From assembly GCA_963728125.1 (NCBI GenBank), contig CAVSIZ010000001.1, forward strand, positions 99,142-163,141: a stretch of 64,000 bases of DNA, given 5' to 3'. A program made the translations under genes and the position numbers. Shown piece by piece: positions 40,439-53,712 of this stretch; positions within the stretch are counted from its first letter, which is position 1, and each line of letters begins with the position of its first letter. This stretch comes from an uncultured Actinomycetota bacterium (lineage in GTDB: Bacteria; Actinomycetota; Actinomycetes; CAWDCV01). A model generated the notes under the pieces. That model did no database searches. It was given only the letters and a program-made list of their open reading frames with translations, and had not been told where the DNA came from.

Positions 40439-41551
40439 TTATGGCGCGACAGTGACCTCGACGCGCTGGAACTCCTTGAGCTCGGAGTACCCCGTGGTCG
40501 CCATCGCTCGGCGCAGCGCGCCGAACAGGTTCATCGTCCCGTCGGGCACGCTGGATGGGCCAAGCAGGATCTGCTGCAGCGTCCCGGTCGAGCCGAGCTG
40601 CATGCGCACACCGCGCGGCAGCTCCGGGTGATGCGCCTCCGAACCCCAGTGGAAGCCCTTTCCCGGCGCCTCCACGGCGCGGGCGAGCGGCGAGCCCAGC
40701 ATGACGGCATCGGCGCCGCAGGCAATCGCCTTGGCCAGGTCGCCGGATGAGCCGACACCGCCATCCGCGATGACGTGCACGTACCGCCCGCCGGACTCGT
40801 CGAGGTAGTCCCGGCGAGCAGCAGCCACGTCAGCAACCGCCGTCGCCATCGGCACCGCGACTCCGAGCACCGATGTCGTCGTGTGCGCTGCTCCCCCACC
40901 GAATCCCACGAGCACCCCGGCGGCACCGGTCCGCATCAGGTGCAGCGCCGCCTGATAGGTCGCGCAGCCGCCGACGATCACCGGCACGTCGAGGTCGTAG
41001 ATGAACTGCTTGAGGTTGAGCGGCTCGGCGCGACTCGACACGTGCTCGGCCGACACCGTGGTGCCGCGGATGACGAAGATGTCCACGCCAGCGTCGAGCA
41101 CGGTCTTGTGCAGCTGCGCCGTGCGCTGAGGAGACAGCGCCGCAGCGACCGTCACACCTGCAGCGCGGATCTCGCGGATCCGAGCCGCCACCAGGTCTTC
41201 TTGGATCGGCGGCCCGTACAGCTCCTGCATGCGGCGCGTCGCCTCGACGTCGTCGAGGTGCGCGATCTCGTCGAGCAACGGCTCCGGATCCTCGTACCGG
41301 GTCCACAGGCCCTCGAGATCGAGCACTCCGAGACCGCCGAGGCGGCCTATCTCGATCGCGCTGGCGGGCGACACCACGCTGTCCATCGGCGACGCGAGCA
41401 GCGGCAGCTCGAACCGGTACGCATCGATCTGCCAGGCGATCGAGACGTCCTCAGGATCGCGCGTGCGTCGGCTCGGGACGATGGCGATGTCGTCGAAGGC
41501 GTACGCCGTGCGGCCACGCTTGCCGCGACCGATATCTACCTCTGGACTCAC
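40439..41551 (-). CDS. guaB3: IMP dehydrogenase-family protein without CBS domains (GuaB3-like)
   Basis: 370 aa. Its N-terminus, YAFDDIAIVPSRRTRDPEDVS, parallels mycobacterial GuaB3. It sits directly downstream of guaB. Confidence 0.8.
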   Translation of the reverse strand: MSPEVDIGRGKRGRTAYAFDDIAIVPSRRTRDPEDVSIAWQIDAYRFELPLLASPMDSVVSPASAIEIGRLGGLGVLDLEGLWTRYEDPEPLLDEIAHLDDVEATRRMQELYGPPIQEDLVAARIREIRAAGVTVAAALSPQRTAQLHKTVLDAGVDIFVIRGTTVSAEHVSSRAEPLNLKQFIYDLDVPVIVGGCATYQAALHLMRTGAAGVLVGFGGGAAHTTTSVLGVAVPMATAVADVAAARRDYLDESGGRYVHVIADGGVGSSGDLAKAIACGADAVMLGSPLARAVEAPGKGFHWGSEAHHPELPRGVRMQLGSTGTLQQILLGPSSVPDGTMNLFGALRRAMATTGYSELKEFQRVEVTVAP

Positions 41552-41563
41552 GAGACGTGAACT

Positions 41564-43120
<1,557 letters not shown>

Positions 43121-44023
43121 TCAGCTCAGGGAGCCTCCATCGTATCCAGCACCTAACGGCGGACCGGGGGACGCGCGGCCGCGGCCTTGGCCTTGGCCTT
43201 GGCCATTGCCTGGCGCCGACGACGTCGGCGTCGGCTCCGCCGTCGGGGTCGGCGTAGGAGATTCCGACGCGCTCGGGGTCGGCGTCGGCGTGCCGCTGCC
43301 GTTGTCGGTCGGCGTCGCCGACGGCGAGGGGTTGGCGGTCGCGCTCCCGGGAGTTGTGCCTTGCTGCTCGGCAAGCTCCAGTCGTTCCTCGAGATCCTCG
43401 ATGACGACGAGCGTGTTCACTTGCTCCGGGCCAGGATCCAGGGTCTCGGCCTGCTCGCGGGCGTCGGTGAGTTTGCGCCGCGCCTCGTCGAGATGGCCGT
43501 CCTTGATGGCGGTACGGACACTCGCCAGTTCGCGCGGCGTCACGCTGGTGACGTCCGCTGCCCCGTCCTGGTCGGTAGCAGGCGCGAAGCCCGACACCAC
43601 TGCTCGCAGCGGCGTGAGCGGGCTGCCCGTGACCGCTGCCGCGACGCCGCCGACGGAGAGCACGACGCCGGCGACCGCTGCCGCCGAGATCGCCGCCGCG
43701 GAGCGTGGCGCGAAGCGGCCACCTCGAGCCGGGCGAGCGTGCCGGCGCCGGTGCGGAATCGGGTCGGCAGCGGGCCGTTCGGTCGCTGGCGTTACCGGCA
43801 CCTCGACCGGCACCGGGATCGGCGGGCCGGTTCTTTCGTCGGCGTACGTTGCCGCGTCGGACTGCCACGCCGTCAGCAGCCGGGTGACGTCGTCGTCGGG
43901 CAGGGCGGCGAACGCGGGCTCGCGCGAGGCGCCGATCGCGTCGAGGAGCGCGTCGTCGCGCAGGACCTCGGCGAGATCGGCGTCGGGATTGGTCTCGATT
44001 CGCTCGTCGCGCGGCTCGCTCAT
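43121..44023 (-). CDS. Anti-sigma factor, RsdA-like (single TM, Pro/Thr-rich extracytoplasmic tail)
   Basis: The gene is immediately downstream of the sigma-factor gene and its start overlaps that gene's stop (ATGA). The domain order is cytoplasmic domain, one TM helix, then a periplasmic low-complexity tail. The call is positional and architectural. Confidence 0.5.
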   Translation of the reverse strand: MSEPRDERIETNPDADLAEVLRDDALLDAIGASREPAFAALPDDDVTRLLTAWQSDAATYADERTGPPIPVPVEVPVTPATERPAADPIPHRRRHARPARGGRFAPRSAAAISAAAVAGVVLSVGGVAAAVTGSPLTPLRAVVSGFAPATDQDGAADVTSVTPRELASVRTAIKDGHLDEARRKLTDAREQAETLDPGPEQVNTLVVIEDLEERLELAEQQGTTPGSATANPSPSATPTDNGSGTPTPTPSASESPTPTPTAEPTPTSSAPGNGQGQGQGRGRASPGPPLGAGYDGGSLS

Positions 44024-44655
44024 GCGCCGTCCTCGTCGCGCCGAGCCGCCGCTAGTGCACGGAGCTTGGTCAGCGCGCGGTGCTGCGCGACGCGTACGGC
44101 TCCCGGGCTCATGCCGAGCGCGCGACCGGTTTCCTCGGCGGACATGCCGAGCGCTACGCGCAAGGTGATCAGCTCGCGCTGTTGCGCCGGCAGCTCGGCG
44201 AGCAGCTCGCGGGCTCGCTGGGCGTCGTCGGCCTGGGCAAGCGCGGCCGCAGGCTCGGGCTCGGGGCTCGGCCCGTCGGGCACGTCAGCGACAGGGACAG
44301 GCGACCGGGCGGCGTTGCGCTGGGCATCGGCAACCTTGTGGGACGCGATCCCGTAGACGAACGCCTCGAACGGCTTGCCCTCGTCGCGATAGCGCGGCAA
44401 CGCGGACAGCACGGCGAGACAGACCTCCTGCGCCGCATCGTCGGCGGCCTGGTCGGCGCCGGGCATCCATCCAAGGCGGGCCCGGCAGTAGCGGTACACG
44501 ATCTGGCGGACGCGGAGGAGCAGCGACTCCAGGGCCCTGACGTCCCCCTGGATCGCCAGGGACACCAGAGCGCGAAGCTCACCCGCGTCCGCCGACCTGT
44601 CCATCGTCGGCAAGGCGTCTGGCGTTACGGTGTGCAGCCGCGCCTCGTCCGACAT
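44020..44655 (-). CDS. Sigma-70 family (ECF-type) RNA polymerase sigma factor, SigD-like
   Basis: Region 2 ([13 protein letters not shown]...[14 protein letters not shown]) and region 4 HTH ([26 protein letters not shown]), 211 aa. Confidence 0.8.
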   Translation of the reverse strand: MSDEARLHTVTPDALPTMDRSADAGELRALVSLAIQGDVRALESLLLRVRQIVYRYCRARLGWMPGADQAADDAAQEVCLAVLSALPRYRDEGKPFEAFVYGIASHKVADAQRNAARSPVPVADVPDGPSPEPEPAAALAQADDAQRARELLAELPAQQRELITLRVALGMSAEETGRALGMSPGAVRVAQHRALTKLRALAAARRDEDGA

Positions 44656-44779
44656 GAGGGTCACCGTGCCCCTGCGGTCGACGGCTGGACGGGGACGGTC
44701 ACCCGGACATTGTGGCGGAACTTCACCGCGCTCCTGACCACGACCCCCCGCCGCCCGCCCCCCGCGACCCCCTTTCCGC

Positions 44780-44851
44780 AACGATCATGGAGTAATCCAC
44801 CCGACCCGCCGTCCTGCGCCGGCGTGTCGTCGACATGTGCCCATGATCGTT
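44780..44851 (-). repeat. Family-1 variant hairpin element: 11-bp perfect TIR AACGATCATGG/CCATGATCGTT around the core CCGGCGTGTCGTCG
   Basis: Its left flank CCTTTCCGCAACGATCATGG differs by only 2 nt from the flank CCCTTCCGCAAGGATCATGG of the 55358 copy. It lies about 125 nt upstream of the sigma-factor start. Confidence 0.75.
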
Positions 44852-44896
44852 TCGAGGATGGGGGCGCGTCGTCGGGTGAGGCGATTAGGCGAGGCG

Positions 44897-45934
44897 CTAG
44901 GCGAGGACGGTCTCGCTCAGGCGCTCGACGGCGGCCGCGAGATCGTCGACGTAGGTGACGCCGTCCGGGAGTTCGGTACTGCGCCACCCGGGGCCGCCGA
45001 GCACGATGCGGGTCGCCGGCCGCAGCGCCGGCAGCCGCTCGAACAGCCGACGATCTCCGTACCCGGGCATCTGCGCCCAGAGGAACACCGCGACGGGGCC
45101 CGTCCGGCGCACTGCAGCCGCGAGGGCATCGGCCGGCACCCGGGCGCCGAGGATGCGCGTCGCAATGCGCCGCTCGGCGAGCGCTGCCGCCAGCGCGTGC
45201 AGCGGCAAGCTGTGCTGGTCTTCCGCGACGCACGCGAGCAGGATCGGGCTCGCGTTGACGGGAGCGCCACGCATGCGCACCGTACGAAGCGACGCCATGA
45301 CGGACTCGGCAAGCAGGTGCTCGACATCGATTCCGGTGCCCGTCGCCGCCCAGCGCAGGCCGACTCCGATGAGTACGGGGCTGACGACATCAGCCCAGGA
45401 GTGCACGACGCCGCGCTGTGCAAGCGCCGCGCTGACGATCTCGGCGGCGGCAGCGGAATCGAGCGCCAGCGCTGCACGGGCCAGCCCGCGGGCGGCAGGT
45501 CCGGCACCCGGAAGCGGGAGCTGGCTCGGCCCAGCCGGCAGGGGCTCCGTCACCACCCGGACGAGGGGAGACACCTCCTCGGCCGGCGCCGGTGAGGAGG
45601 CCTCGGGAACGCTTGCCGTCGACACGGTCGCGAGATGCCCGATCGCGGTGACGTCGGTTGCCAGCGCAATGCGGGCCGCATCGGCCGGGGTCACCCCGTC
45701 GAGCGTGAGCCGGCGCATCACGCCGAGCCGCGCCACATCCACGGCGTCGTACCGGCGATGCTGGCCGGCCGTGTGGGCGCTCGGCCCGAGGCCGTACCGG
45801 CGATCCCAGGTCCGCAACGTCGCCGGCGCCACGCCCAGCCGCCGAGCGACGGCTGCAACGGTGAGCGCTGGCCCCTCGCTCACAGCTGCCTCCCCCTGCC
45901 CGTTGCCCATGCGAGGCCAGGACGGCGACGTCAT
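44897..45934 (-). CDS. MerR-family transcriptional regulator with a large C-terminal effector domain
   Basis: MerR HTH (LTVAAVARRLGVAPATLRTWDRRYGL). The C-terminal domain is unassigned. The start is ambiguous (45934 or 45997). Confidence 0.65.
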   Translation of the reverse strand: MTSPSWPRMGNGQGEAAVSEGPALTVAAVARRLGVAPATLRTWDRRYGLGPSAHTAGQHRRYDAVDVARLGVMRRLTLDGVTPADAARIALATDVTAIGHLATVSTASVPEASSPAPAEEVSPLVRVVTEPLPAGPSQLPLPGAGPAARGLARAALALDSAAAAEIVSAALAQRGVVHSWADVVSPVLIGVGLRWAATGTGIDVEHLLAESVMASLRTVRMRGAPVNASPILLACVAEDQHSLPLHALAAALAERRIATRILGARVPADALAAAVRRTGPVAVFLWAQMPGYGDRRLFERLPALRPATRIVLGGPGWRSTELPDGVTYVDDLAAAVERLSETVLA

Positions 45935-46004
45935 GGCCTGATTGTCGAGGCGGCGCCAACCCGCTGCCACCCGGCACCTCGCGGGGCGGCGCCGCAAACC
46001 GAGT

Positions 46005-46075
46005 CAAGAATTGTTCAGACTAGATGTTTGAACAATCTTTGGCGCGATATACAGTCAGGTGACAGCATCACCGAT
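46005..46075 (+). promoter_or_regulatory. AT-rich whiB promoter region containing the palindrome ATTGTTCA-N11-TGAACAAT (46010..46036)
   Basis: This is the only AT-rich stretch for several kb, sited in the divergent MerR/whiB intergenic region. It contains a perfect 8-bp-arm palindrome plus a GGTGA-N5-TCACC repeat. Confidence 0.5.
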
Positions 46076-46093
46076 TGGCCTTCAGGAGTCGCC

Positions 46094-46402
46094 GTGGCCG
46101 AGATCAGCAGGCTTCCGGGGCCCAACGCGGAGCTGTGGGAGTGGCAACTGCGCGGCGCCTGCCGGACCGTCAGCTCTGACCTGTTCTTCCATCCCGAGGG
46201 CGAACGTGGCCCGTCGCGCCGCAATCGAGAGCTCGCCGCCAAGCAGGTGTGCGCCGGCTGTCCGGTGCTCGTCCAGTGCCGTGCGCACGCGCTCGCCGTA
46301 CGCGAGCCGTACGGCGTCTGGGGTGGCATGTCGGAGGACGAGCGTGAGGTGGAGTACGTGCTGCACAAGCAGCGGCTCGCTCACCTCAGCGAGGCGAGCT
46401 AG
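46094..46402 (+). CDS. whiB: WhiB-family transcriptional regulator (WhiB3-like, 102 aa)
   Basis: Four conserved Cys (C-x-C-x-C-P spacing: ...LRGACR..., VCAGCPVLVQC) and the GVWGG turn. It has a GTG start and sits near the sigma/anti-sigma pair, as whiB3 sits near sigD in mycobacteria. Confidence 0.85.
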   Translation: MAEISRLPGPNAELWEWQLRGACRTVSSDLFFHPEGERGPSRRNRELAAKQVCAGCPVLVQCRAHALAVREPYGVWGGMSEDEREVEYVLHKQRLAHLSEAS

Positions 46403-46432
46403 CTCCCGTACCACTGGCGATACTCGACGAAT

Positions 46433-46494
46433 GAGGGCGATACGCGCTCTACAACACGCGTATCGCCCTCAATGATCACGTACACGTGATCATT
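46433..46494. terminator. Bidirectional terminator region between convergent whiB and groEL: a 14-bp perfect stem GAGGGCGATACGCG/CGCGTATCGCCCTC plus a 22-bp perfect palindrome ATGATCACGTACACGTGATCAT
   Basis: Seen directly. There are two consecutive strong hairpins, though no long T-tract, which is typical for high-GC actinobacteria. Confidence 0.6.
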
Positions 46495-46510
46495 TGGACC
46501 CTGCCGTGGG

Positions 46511-48196
<1,686 letters not shown>

Positions 48197-48263
48197 CTAG
48201 GGACGACGAGAACGCCCCGGGACAGCCGGCGAACCGGACCGCCCGGGGCGCTCGTCGCGTGGA

Positions 48264-48581
48264 CTAGCGGGTGACGATCGCGAGCACGTCGCGGCCGGAG
48301 AGGATGAGGACCTCTTCGCCGGAGTACTTGACCTCGGTACCGCCGTACTTGCTGTAGAGCACCACGTCGCCCACGCTCACATCGAGCGGGATGCGGTGCT
48401 CGCCGTCCTCGTCCCAGCGACCCGGGCCAACAGCCAGGACCTCGCCCTCCTGGGGCTTCTCCTTGGCGGTGTCGGGGATCACCAGGCCAGACGCGGTGGT
48501 CTGCTCGGCGTCCAGCGGCCGGACCACGATCCGGTCGTCGAGGGGCTTGATTGCGATCTTGATGTCGGTGGTGGCCGTCAC
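48264..48581 (-). CDS. groES: Co-chaperonin GroES
   Basis: 105 aa with the canonical GroES sequence ([10 protein letters not shown]...). Confidence 0.95.
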   Translation of the reverse strand: MTATTDIKIAIKPLDDRIVVRPLDAEQTTASGLVIPDTAKEKPQEGEVLAVGPGRWDEDGEHRIPLDVSVGDVVLYSKYGGTEVKYSGEEVLILSGRDVLAIVTR

Positions 48582-48694
48582 GTGCGACCTCCCCCTCCTG
48601 TCGTCTGAGGTGCGGGAAATGTCCTGACGACCGCGCCGAATCCGTCGTCGCGGGTGCCGTACCCAGCCGGTCGTCGTTGGCAGCCTCGGTATGA

Positions 48695-48751
48695 GAGTGC
48701 CAACTCCGAAGCCTATGGCGGCATTGGCACTCGGTCAACCCGAGTGCCAAC
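48695..48751. promoter_or_regulatory. CIRCE operator (HrcA site) TTGGCACTC-N9-GAGTGCCAA at 48725..48751, plus an extra upstream half-site GAGTGCCAA (48695..48703)
   Basis: It matches the CIRCE consensus TTAGCACTC-N9-GAGTGCTAA at 16 of 18 positions and lies about 145 nt upstream of groES. Confidence 0.8.
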
Positions 48752-48790
48752 GAAGCCATCTCTGGCGCACCGGAATGCAAGGATCGGGCG

Positions 48791-49495
48791 GTGTCCGATC
48801 GCGTCGGCCGGCAATCGCAGTACGAAGCCTTTGCCGAGGACTTCGAGAGCCACGCGCGCGAGAGCTTCTTCAACGCCCACTACGACCGGCCGGCGTGCTT
48901 GGCCCTGCTGGGCGATGTCACCGGACGGCGCGTTCTCGATGCGGCCTGCGGTCCCGGCCTCTACGCCGCCGACCTCGTGGCGCGCGGCGCGCAGGTGACC
49001 GGCTTCGACTCGAGCCCGCGCATGATCGAGCTCGCCCGCGAGCGGGTCCCCGGCGGCGAGTTCCGCGTGCACAACCTCGCCGACCCGCTGGACTGGCTTG
49101 GCGACGCCAGCGTGGACGCCGTCCTGTGCGCCCTCGCTCTCGAGTACGTCGACGATCGGCGACACGCGCTGCGAGAGTTTCGCCGGGTCCTCCGTCCAGC
49201 CGGCGCGCTGGTTCTCTCGCGACTGCATCCGACCGGCGACTGGCTGCGCCACGGTGGCAGCTACTTCGAGGCCCGCATCGTCGAGGAGGTGTGGAGCCGC
49301 GGCTGGCACGTCCGGTACTGGATCACGCCTCTCGAGCAGACGTGCGAGGAGCTCTACGACGCCGGCTTCCTCATCGAGCGGCTCTGGGAGCCTCGTCCAG
49401 CGGCTGCCGCTGCATCGCTCGACGCCGAGGAGTACGCCAAGTTGCAGCGCGAGCCACGCGGCTTTCTGGCGATCCGTGCGGTGCCCCGGCCGTGA
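48791..49495 (+). CDS. Class I SAM-dependent methyltransferase
   Basis: Motif I VLDAACGPGLYA and an acidic-loop Asp; 234 aa. Confidence 0.8.
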   Translation: MSDRVGRQSQYEAFAEDFESHARESFFNAHYDRPACLALLGDVTGRRVLDAACGPGLYAADLVARGAQVTGFDSSPRMIELARERVPGGEFRVHNLADPLDWLGDASVDAVLCALALEYVDDRRHALREFRRVLRPAGALVLSRLHPTGDWLRHGGSYFEARIVEEVWSRGWHVRYWITPLEQTCEELYDAGFLIERLWEPRPAAAAASLDAEEYAKLQREPRGFLAIRAVPRP

Positions 49496-50658
49496 CGCCG
49501 GAGGAGTTGCCCGCCGTGGCGGCGCTCGCAGCCACGCTCCCGCCGTACGACGAGAACGCAGTGCTCGCGCTGACCGATCAGCTTCGCGCGCGGGCGTACT
49601 CGGCAGACGTCATCGCCGCGGCACTGACCCAGAGCCGGCTGCGCGCTCGGGCGACGACCAAGTTCGGGATAGCCGCGGATCGTCTGCTGTTCACGACCGA
49701 CGGGCTCGAGCAGGCCACCCGACCGATTGTGGCCGCGCATCGGTTACGCCGGTTTCTCGAGCTGGCCCCCGCTCGGGTGGCAGACCTGTGCTGCGGTATC
49801 GGCGCCGACACGTGGGCCTTCGCCGACGCGGACATCGACGTCCTGGCCGTAGAGCGCGACCCGCTGACAGCAGCCATAGCCGCTGAGAACGCCGTTGCGC
49901 TGCACCTCACCGAGCGGGTGGAAGTGCGTCGCGCCGACGCGACTTCGGTCGATGTCGTCGCCGCTGGCTGCAACGCCGCGTTCATCGATCCTGCGCGGCG
50001 TACTGAACGTGCTCGCGTCTTCGATCCAACCGGCTACTCACCGCCGCTGTCATTCGTGACGGAGCTCGCGACCCGGCTGCCGACCGCCGCCAAGGTGGCC
50101 CCCGGCCTACCGCACTCCTTCATCCCCGATGGCGCCGAAGCCGAGTGGGTGTCGGTCGACGGCGATGTCGTCGAGACGACGCTGTGGTACGGCGCGCTGC
50201 GATCCTCGGCCGCTCGTCGCGCCACAGTGTTGCCCGCCGGCAAGACGTTGGTCGCGGATTCCTCGACGTCGCCGCCCGAGGTCGGCCCGGTCCGCCGCTG
50301 GCTGTACGAGCCCGATGGTGCAGTGCTTCGCGCGGGGCTCGTAGCGAACGTGGCCGCAATCGTCGACGGTTCGCTGCTCGACGCGTCCATCGCCTACGTC
50401 ACCTCTGACACGCTGCTTGCTACCCCGTTCGCGACGGCCTACGAGGTACGCGACGTGCTGCCGTTCTCCGTCAAGCGACTGCAGGCCTACGCGCGACAGC
50501 ATCGGATCGGCGTGCTGGACGTGAAGAAGCGCGGCACGGCAGTGACGCCGGAGAGCCTGCGTGCACAGCTGCAGCTGCACGGACCAGGCCGGGCAACAGT
50601 CGTACTGACGCGGCTAGCCGGGAAGCAGGTTGCGATCGTCGTCGAACGGATCAACTGA
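49492..50658 (+). CDS. Class I SAM-dependent methyltransferase with a THUMP-like C-terminal domain
   Basis: Motif I DLCCGIGADTWAFA. The GTG start overlaps the upstream stop (GTGA). The upstream in-frame extension to 48691 is rejected. Confidence 0.6.
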   Translation: MTPEELPAVAALAATLPPYDENAVLALTDQLRARAYSADVIAAALTQSRLRARATTKFGIAADRLLFTTDGLEQATRPIVAAHRLRRFLELAPARVADLCCGIGADTWAFADADIDVLAVERDPLTAAIAAENAVALHLTERVEVRRADATSVDVVAAGCNAAFIDPARRTERARVFDPTGYSPPLSFVTELATRLPTAAKVAPGLPHSFIPDGAEAEWVSVDGDVVETTLWYGALRSSAARRATVLPAGKTLVADSSTSPPEVGPVRRWLYEPDGAVLRAGLVANVAAIVDGSLLDASIAYVTSDTLLATPFATAYEVRDVLPFSVKRLQAYARQHRIGVLDVKKRGTAVTPESLRAQLQLHGPGRATVVLTRLAGKQVAIVVERIN

Positions 50659-50664
50659 GTCACT

Positions 50665-50720
50665 AGCTGGTTCCGCGCGTACGCCGCGCTCGACGTGTCG
50701 TGTACGCAGGGAACCAGCTG
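50665..50720. terminator. Hairpin between the convergent methyltransferase and nucleoside-hydrolase genes (arms AGCTGGTTCC/GGAACCAGCT), with a core-like CGACGTGTCGTG in the loop
   Basis: Seen directly. The loop contains a one-mismatch version of the family-1 core CGGCGTGTCGT. Confidence 0.45.
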
Positions 50721-50733
50721 GCGAAGGGCGACG

Positions 50734-51456
50734 CTAACTCGCAAAGGCCGCCAGAAGACTCGACGCCCATGCTCCTGGATCTGGGTCGCCAACGCTGCCC
50801 ATCAAGAGCGCCGCGACGGCAACGGCATCGCCGATGCTGCCGCTCGCTCCCCCGCCGCGCTGGACCTGATGGCGAAGCAGCCGCCCGGCGAGCGATGCCG
50901 CTCGATCTGTCGAGTGCGCAAGCTGTTCGGCGTCATTACGCGACACTCGTGCCTGCTCCCAGACGCTTCGCTCGTACACGACCGCCGGAGGGCCAGATCC
51001 GACGACAGCATCGAAGGCGACGGGATCGTGATCTCGGTTGAAGCCAGCCACCGCGGCGATCTCGGCGACGCACGGCCATAGCGCTGTCGTCAGGTCGGTG
51101 CACGGTGCCAGCGACAGCAATGTGTACGGCTCATCGAGATCGAGGACCTCGGCGATGCTGAGCGTCGACGGACGGCGTGTCGACGCGGGGAGGCCCAGGT
51201 CGGCCATGCCATCGGCTCCATGGACGCTGCGTCCGCCGGGACCGGGTGCCGTTCCACGCCCCAGCGGAATGTCTTCGGCATTGGCCGCATCGAGGACGCG
51301 CAACGTGTTCGCGATGACCTGGTCGACTTCGACATTGCCTGCTACGCAGGCGATTGCGCGCAGGCGGAGGGGTGGTGAGCGCAGGGCAAGGAGCAGGGCG
51401 AGCGCATCGTCGACTCCGGTGTCGACCACCATTGCGACGTCGATCGGCGGGCTCAC
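50734..51456 (-). CDS. Nucleoside hydrolase family protein (IU-NH-like); short, possibly truncated
   Basis: The N-terminal DxDxxxDDxxA aspartate cluster (VVDTGVDDALAL) is present. The 240-aa length is shorter than the typical 300 or more. Confidence 0.65.
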   Translation of the reverse strand: MSPPIDVAMVVDTGVDDALALLLALRSPPLRLRAIACVAGNVEVDQVIANTLRVLDAANAEDIPLGRGTAPGPGGRSVHGADGMADLGLPASTRRPSTLSIAEVLDLDEPYTLLSLAPCTDLTTALWPCVAEIAAVAGFNRDHDPVAFDAVVGSGPPAVVYERSVWEQARVSRNDAEQLAHSTDRAASLAGRLLRHQVQRGGGASGSIGDAVAVAALLMGSVGDPDPGAWASSLLAAFAS

Positions 51457-51578
51457 GGCGGTGTCGCCGCCCTACGCCGCCGCAGCAAACACAGCTCCGA
51501 CTCCGAGATAGCCCCAGTCCTCGACGTACGGCTGAATGTCGCCCAGGACGCCGGGCAGGGAATCGGCCACGCGCAGGA

Positions 51579-52619
51579 CTATCGCAGCACGACGTCCGTG
51601 ACCGGCAAGGACGAGTCGGCGGGCAGGTCGAGGGCGGACGGCTTCCGGTTCCGCGCCACGAGTTCGGCGCCGAGGGCCGCGATCATCGCCCCGTTGTCCG
51701 TGCACAGCCCTGGCCGCGGAACGCGCAGTCGCACGTTCGCCGCCGAGCACCGCTCCTCGGCCAGTGCACGCAGCCGGCTGTTGGCTGCGACACCGCCGCC
51801 GATGAGCAGCGTGTCGATTCCCTGATCGCGGCAGGCACGCACCGCCTTTGCCGTGAGCACGTCGACGACGGCCTCCTGGAAGCTCGCGGCGACGTCGACC
51901 ACCGGTACTGGCTCACCGTCACGACGTCGCCGTTCGACCCAGCGCGCCACCGCTGTCTTGAGGCCAGAGAACGAGAAGTCGTACGGCGCGTCGTGCGGAC
52001 CGGTGAGGCCGCGCGGGAATGCGATCGCCGAAGCATCGCCGTCGCGCGCAGCACGATCGATCGGCGGACCACCGGGGAACGGCATCCCGAGTAGCCGAGC
52101 GATCTTGTCGAATGCTTCCCCTGCAGCATCGTCGACGGTCGCGCCCAGCGGCTCGACGTCCGCGGTCACGTCTCGTACCAGCAGCAGCGAAGAATGTCCG
52201 CCGGAGACCAGGAGTGCCATGCATGGCTCGGGCAGCGGACCATGTTCGAGCTGGTCGACTGCAACATGCCCGGCGAGATGGTTCACTCCATAGATCGGCT
52301 TGTCTAGCGCCAGTGCGTACGACTTGGCAGCGGCAACACCGACCAGCAGCGCACCGGTCAGACCGGGACCGGCAGTGACGGCGACGGCATCGACATCCCG
52401 AAGCTTGACACCGGCAGTGTCAAGCGCTCGCTCGACCGTCGGCACCATGGCCTCGAGATGTGCGCGGCTTGCCACCTCGGGAACGACACCGCCAAAACGT
52501 GCATGCTGGTCGACACTTGAGGCGACGGCATCCGCGAGCAGCGTCGTACCGCGCACGAGTCCGACGCCGGTTTCGTCGCAGGACGTTTCGATGCCGAGGA
52601 CGAGTGGCTCGTCGCTCAT
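51579..52619 (-). CDS. tsaD: tRNA N6-adenosine threonylcarbamoyltransferase
   Basis: Kae1/TsaD signature ([15 protein letters not shown], HxxGH metal site). Confidence 0.92.
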   Translation of the reverse strand: MSDEPLVLGIETSCDETGVGLVRGTTLLADAVASSVDQHARFGGVVPEVASRAHLEAMVPTVERALDTAGVKLRDVDAVAVTAGPGLTGALLVGVAAAKSYALALDKPIYGVNHLAGHVAVDQLEHGPLPEPCMALLVSGGHSSLLLVRDVTADVEPLGATVDDAAGEAFDKIARLLGMPFPGGPPIDRAARDGDASAIAFPRGLTGPHDAPYDFSFSGLKTAVARWVERRRRDGEPVPVVDVAASFQEAVVDVLTAKAVRACRDQGIDTLLIGGGVAANSRLRALAEERCSAANVRLRVPRPGLCTDNGAMIAALGAELVARNRKPSALDLPADSSLPVTDVVLR

Positions 52620-53065
52620 GGCCGAACCCGCATCACGAGAGCATCGGTGCCGCTCGGCTGGTAGTAGCCGCGTCGGCGAGTAATCACGCTGAAACCAGCG
52701 CGTTCGTACAGCGATTGCGCGGCGGGGTTGTCAGCGCGCACCTCGAGGAACACGTCGCGCACACGCCGTCGGCGAGCCTCGTGGAGGAGCTCATCCAGGA
52801 GGCGTCTGCCGAGGCCACTGCCTTGACGATCCGCACGTACACCGAGGGTCTGAACGTCTCCCTGGTCTGCCGAGGCTGCCATTCCGGCATAGCCGACGAC
52901 CTCACCCGCATCATCGGCGACGACGTAGTGACGCGTCTCCGGTACGCCGGCAAGCTCCGACCAGAACGTCCGTGCAGACCACGCATCGTCGGAGAAGAGT
53001 GCCTGTTCGGTCGGGAGCAACGCCTCGATGTCCCACCAGCGCATCCGCCGAATCGTCGCCGTCAT
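52616..53065 (-). CDS. rimI: Ribosomal-protein-alanine N-acetyltransferase
   Basis: GNAT motifs Q/RxxGxG/A ([11 protein letters not shown]). It is positioned between tsaB and tsaD, and both junctions overlap as ATGA. Confidence 0.85.
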   Translation of the reverse strand: MTATIRRMRWWDIEALLPTEQALFSDDAWSARTFWSELAGVPETRHYVVADDAGEVVGYAGMAASADQGDVQTLGVRADRQGSGLGRRLLDELLHEARRRRVRDVFLEVRADNPAAQSLYERAGFSVITRRRGYYQPSGTDALVMRVRP

Positions 53066-53691
53066 CGCGCCATCACCGACTTCGACGCGGCCGGCTCGAC
53101 GGCGTCGGGACGGCGCAGGTACAGCGGCTCTGGCGGCAATGCAGGGACACCGCTCACGGCAAGGCGCGCGAGGGCCGCAGCACTCGGATCGATCGGATCT
53201 GCCACCTCGACGAAGACGTCCGGGTAGAGCTGACCACCGCGTCCCACCACCGCGCCGGTCCACCCGATCGCGGACGGCTTGTCGACGTGTGGACCATCCA
53301 GTCGCTGCGTGCCGCGGTAGCGCGCCCAGTAGACCTCACGCCGTCGAGCATCGGTCGCGACCAGGAAGTCGTCGCTGCGCTTCGCCTGCCACGCGAGCAC
53401 GTCCAGCGTGCAGTAACCACGTACGGACGCGCCCACCGCCTCGCCGAGAGTCCGTGCCGTCACGATGCCGACGCGAAGACCGGTGAACGGTCCTGGGCCG
53501 ACGCCGACGGCAATGTCGGTGATGTCACGCGGCGTCGCATTTGCGGTGCGCAGAACGCGTTCGATACCTGGGGCGAGCAGCTCACCGTGCCGACGCGGAT
53601 CGACAGCCGTGTACTCGGCGATCACGTCATCGCCGTCGTGCAACGCGACGGTGACCGCCGGGGTCGCGGTATCGAGCGCGAGCAGGAGCAC
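53062..53691 (-). CDS. tsaB: tRNA threonylcarbamoyladenosine biosynthesis protein TsaB
   Basis: YeaZ-type inactive Kae1 paralog (LALDTATPAVTVAL...). It has a GTG start. Confidence 0.85.
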   Translation of the reverse strand: MLLLALDTATPAVTVALHDGDDVIAEYTAVDPRRHGELLAPGIERVLRTANATPRDITDIAVGVGPGPFTGLRVGIVTARTLGEAVGASVRGYCTLDVLAWQAKRSDDFLVATDARRREVYWARYRGTQRLDGPHVDKPSAIGWTGAVVGRGGQLYPDVFVEVADPIDPSAAALARLAVSGVPALPPEPLYLRRPDAVEPAASKSVMAR

Positions 53692-53712
53692 GCCGGCCAG
53701 GGTAGAGGCAGA

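Noticed and set aside
48691-49491. Upstream in-frame extension of the second methyltransferase ORF (48691..50658, 655 aa)
   Set aside because: The first 267 codons overlap the first methyltransferase (48791..49495) in another frame. They are Arg-rich with no domain, and a GTG start at 49492 overlapping the upstream stop (GTGA) gives a normal-length protein.
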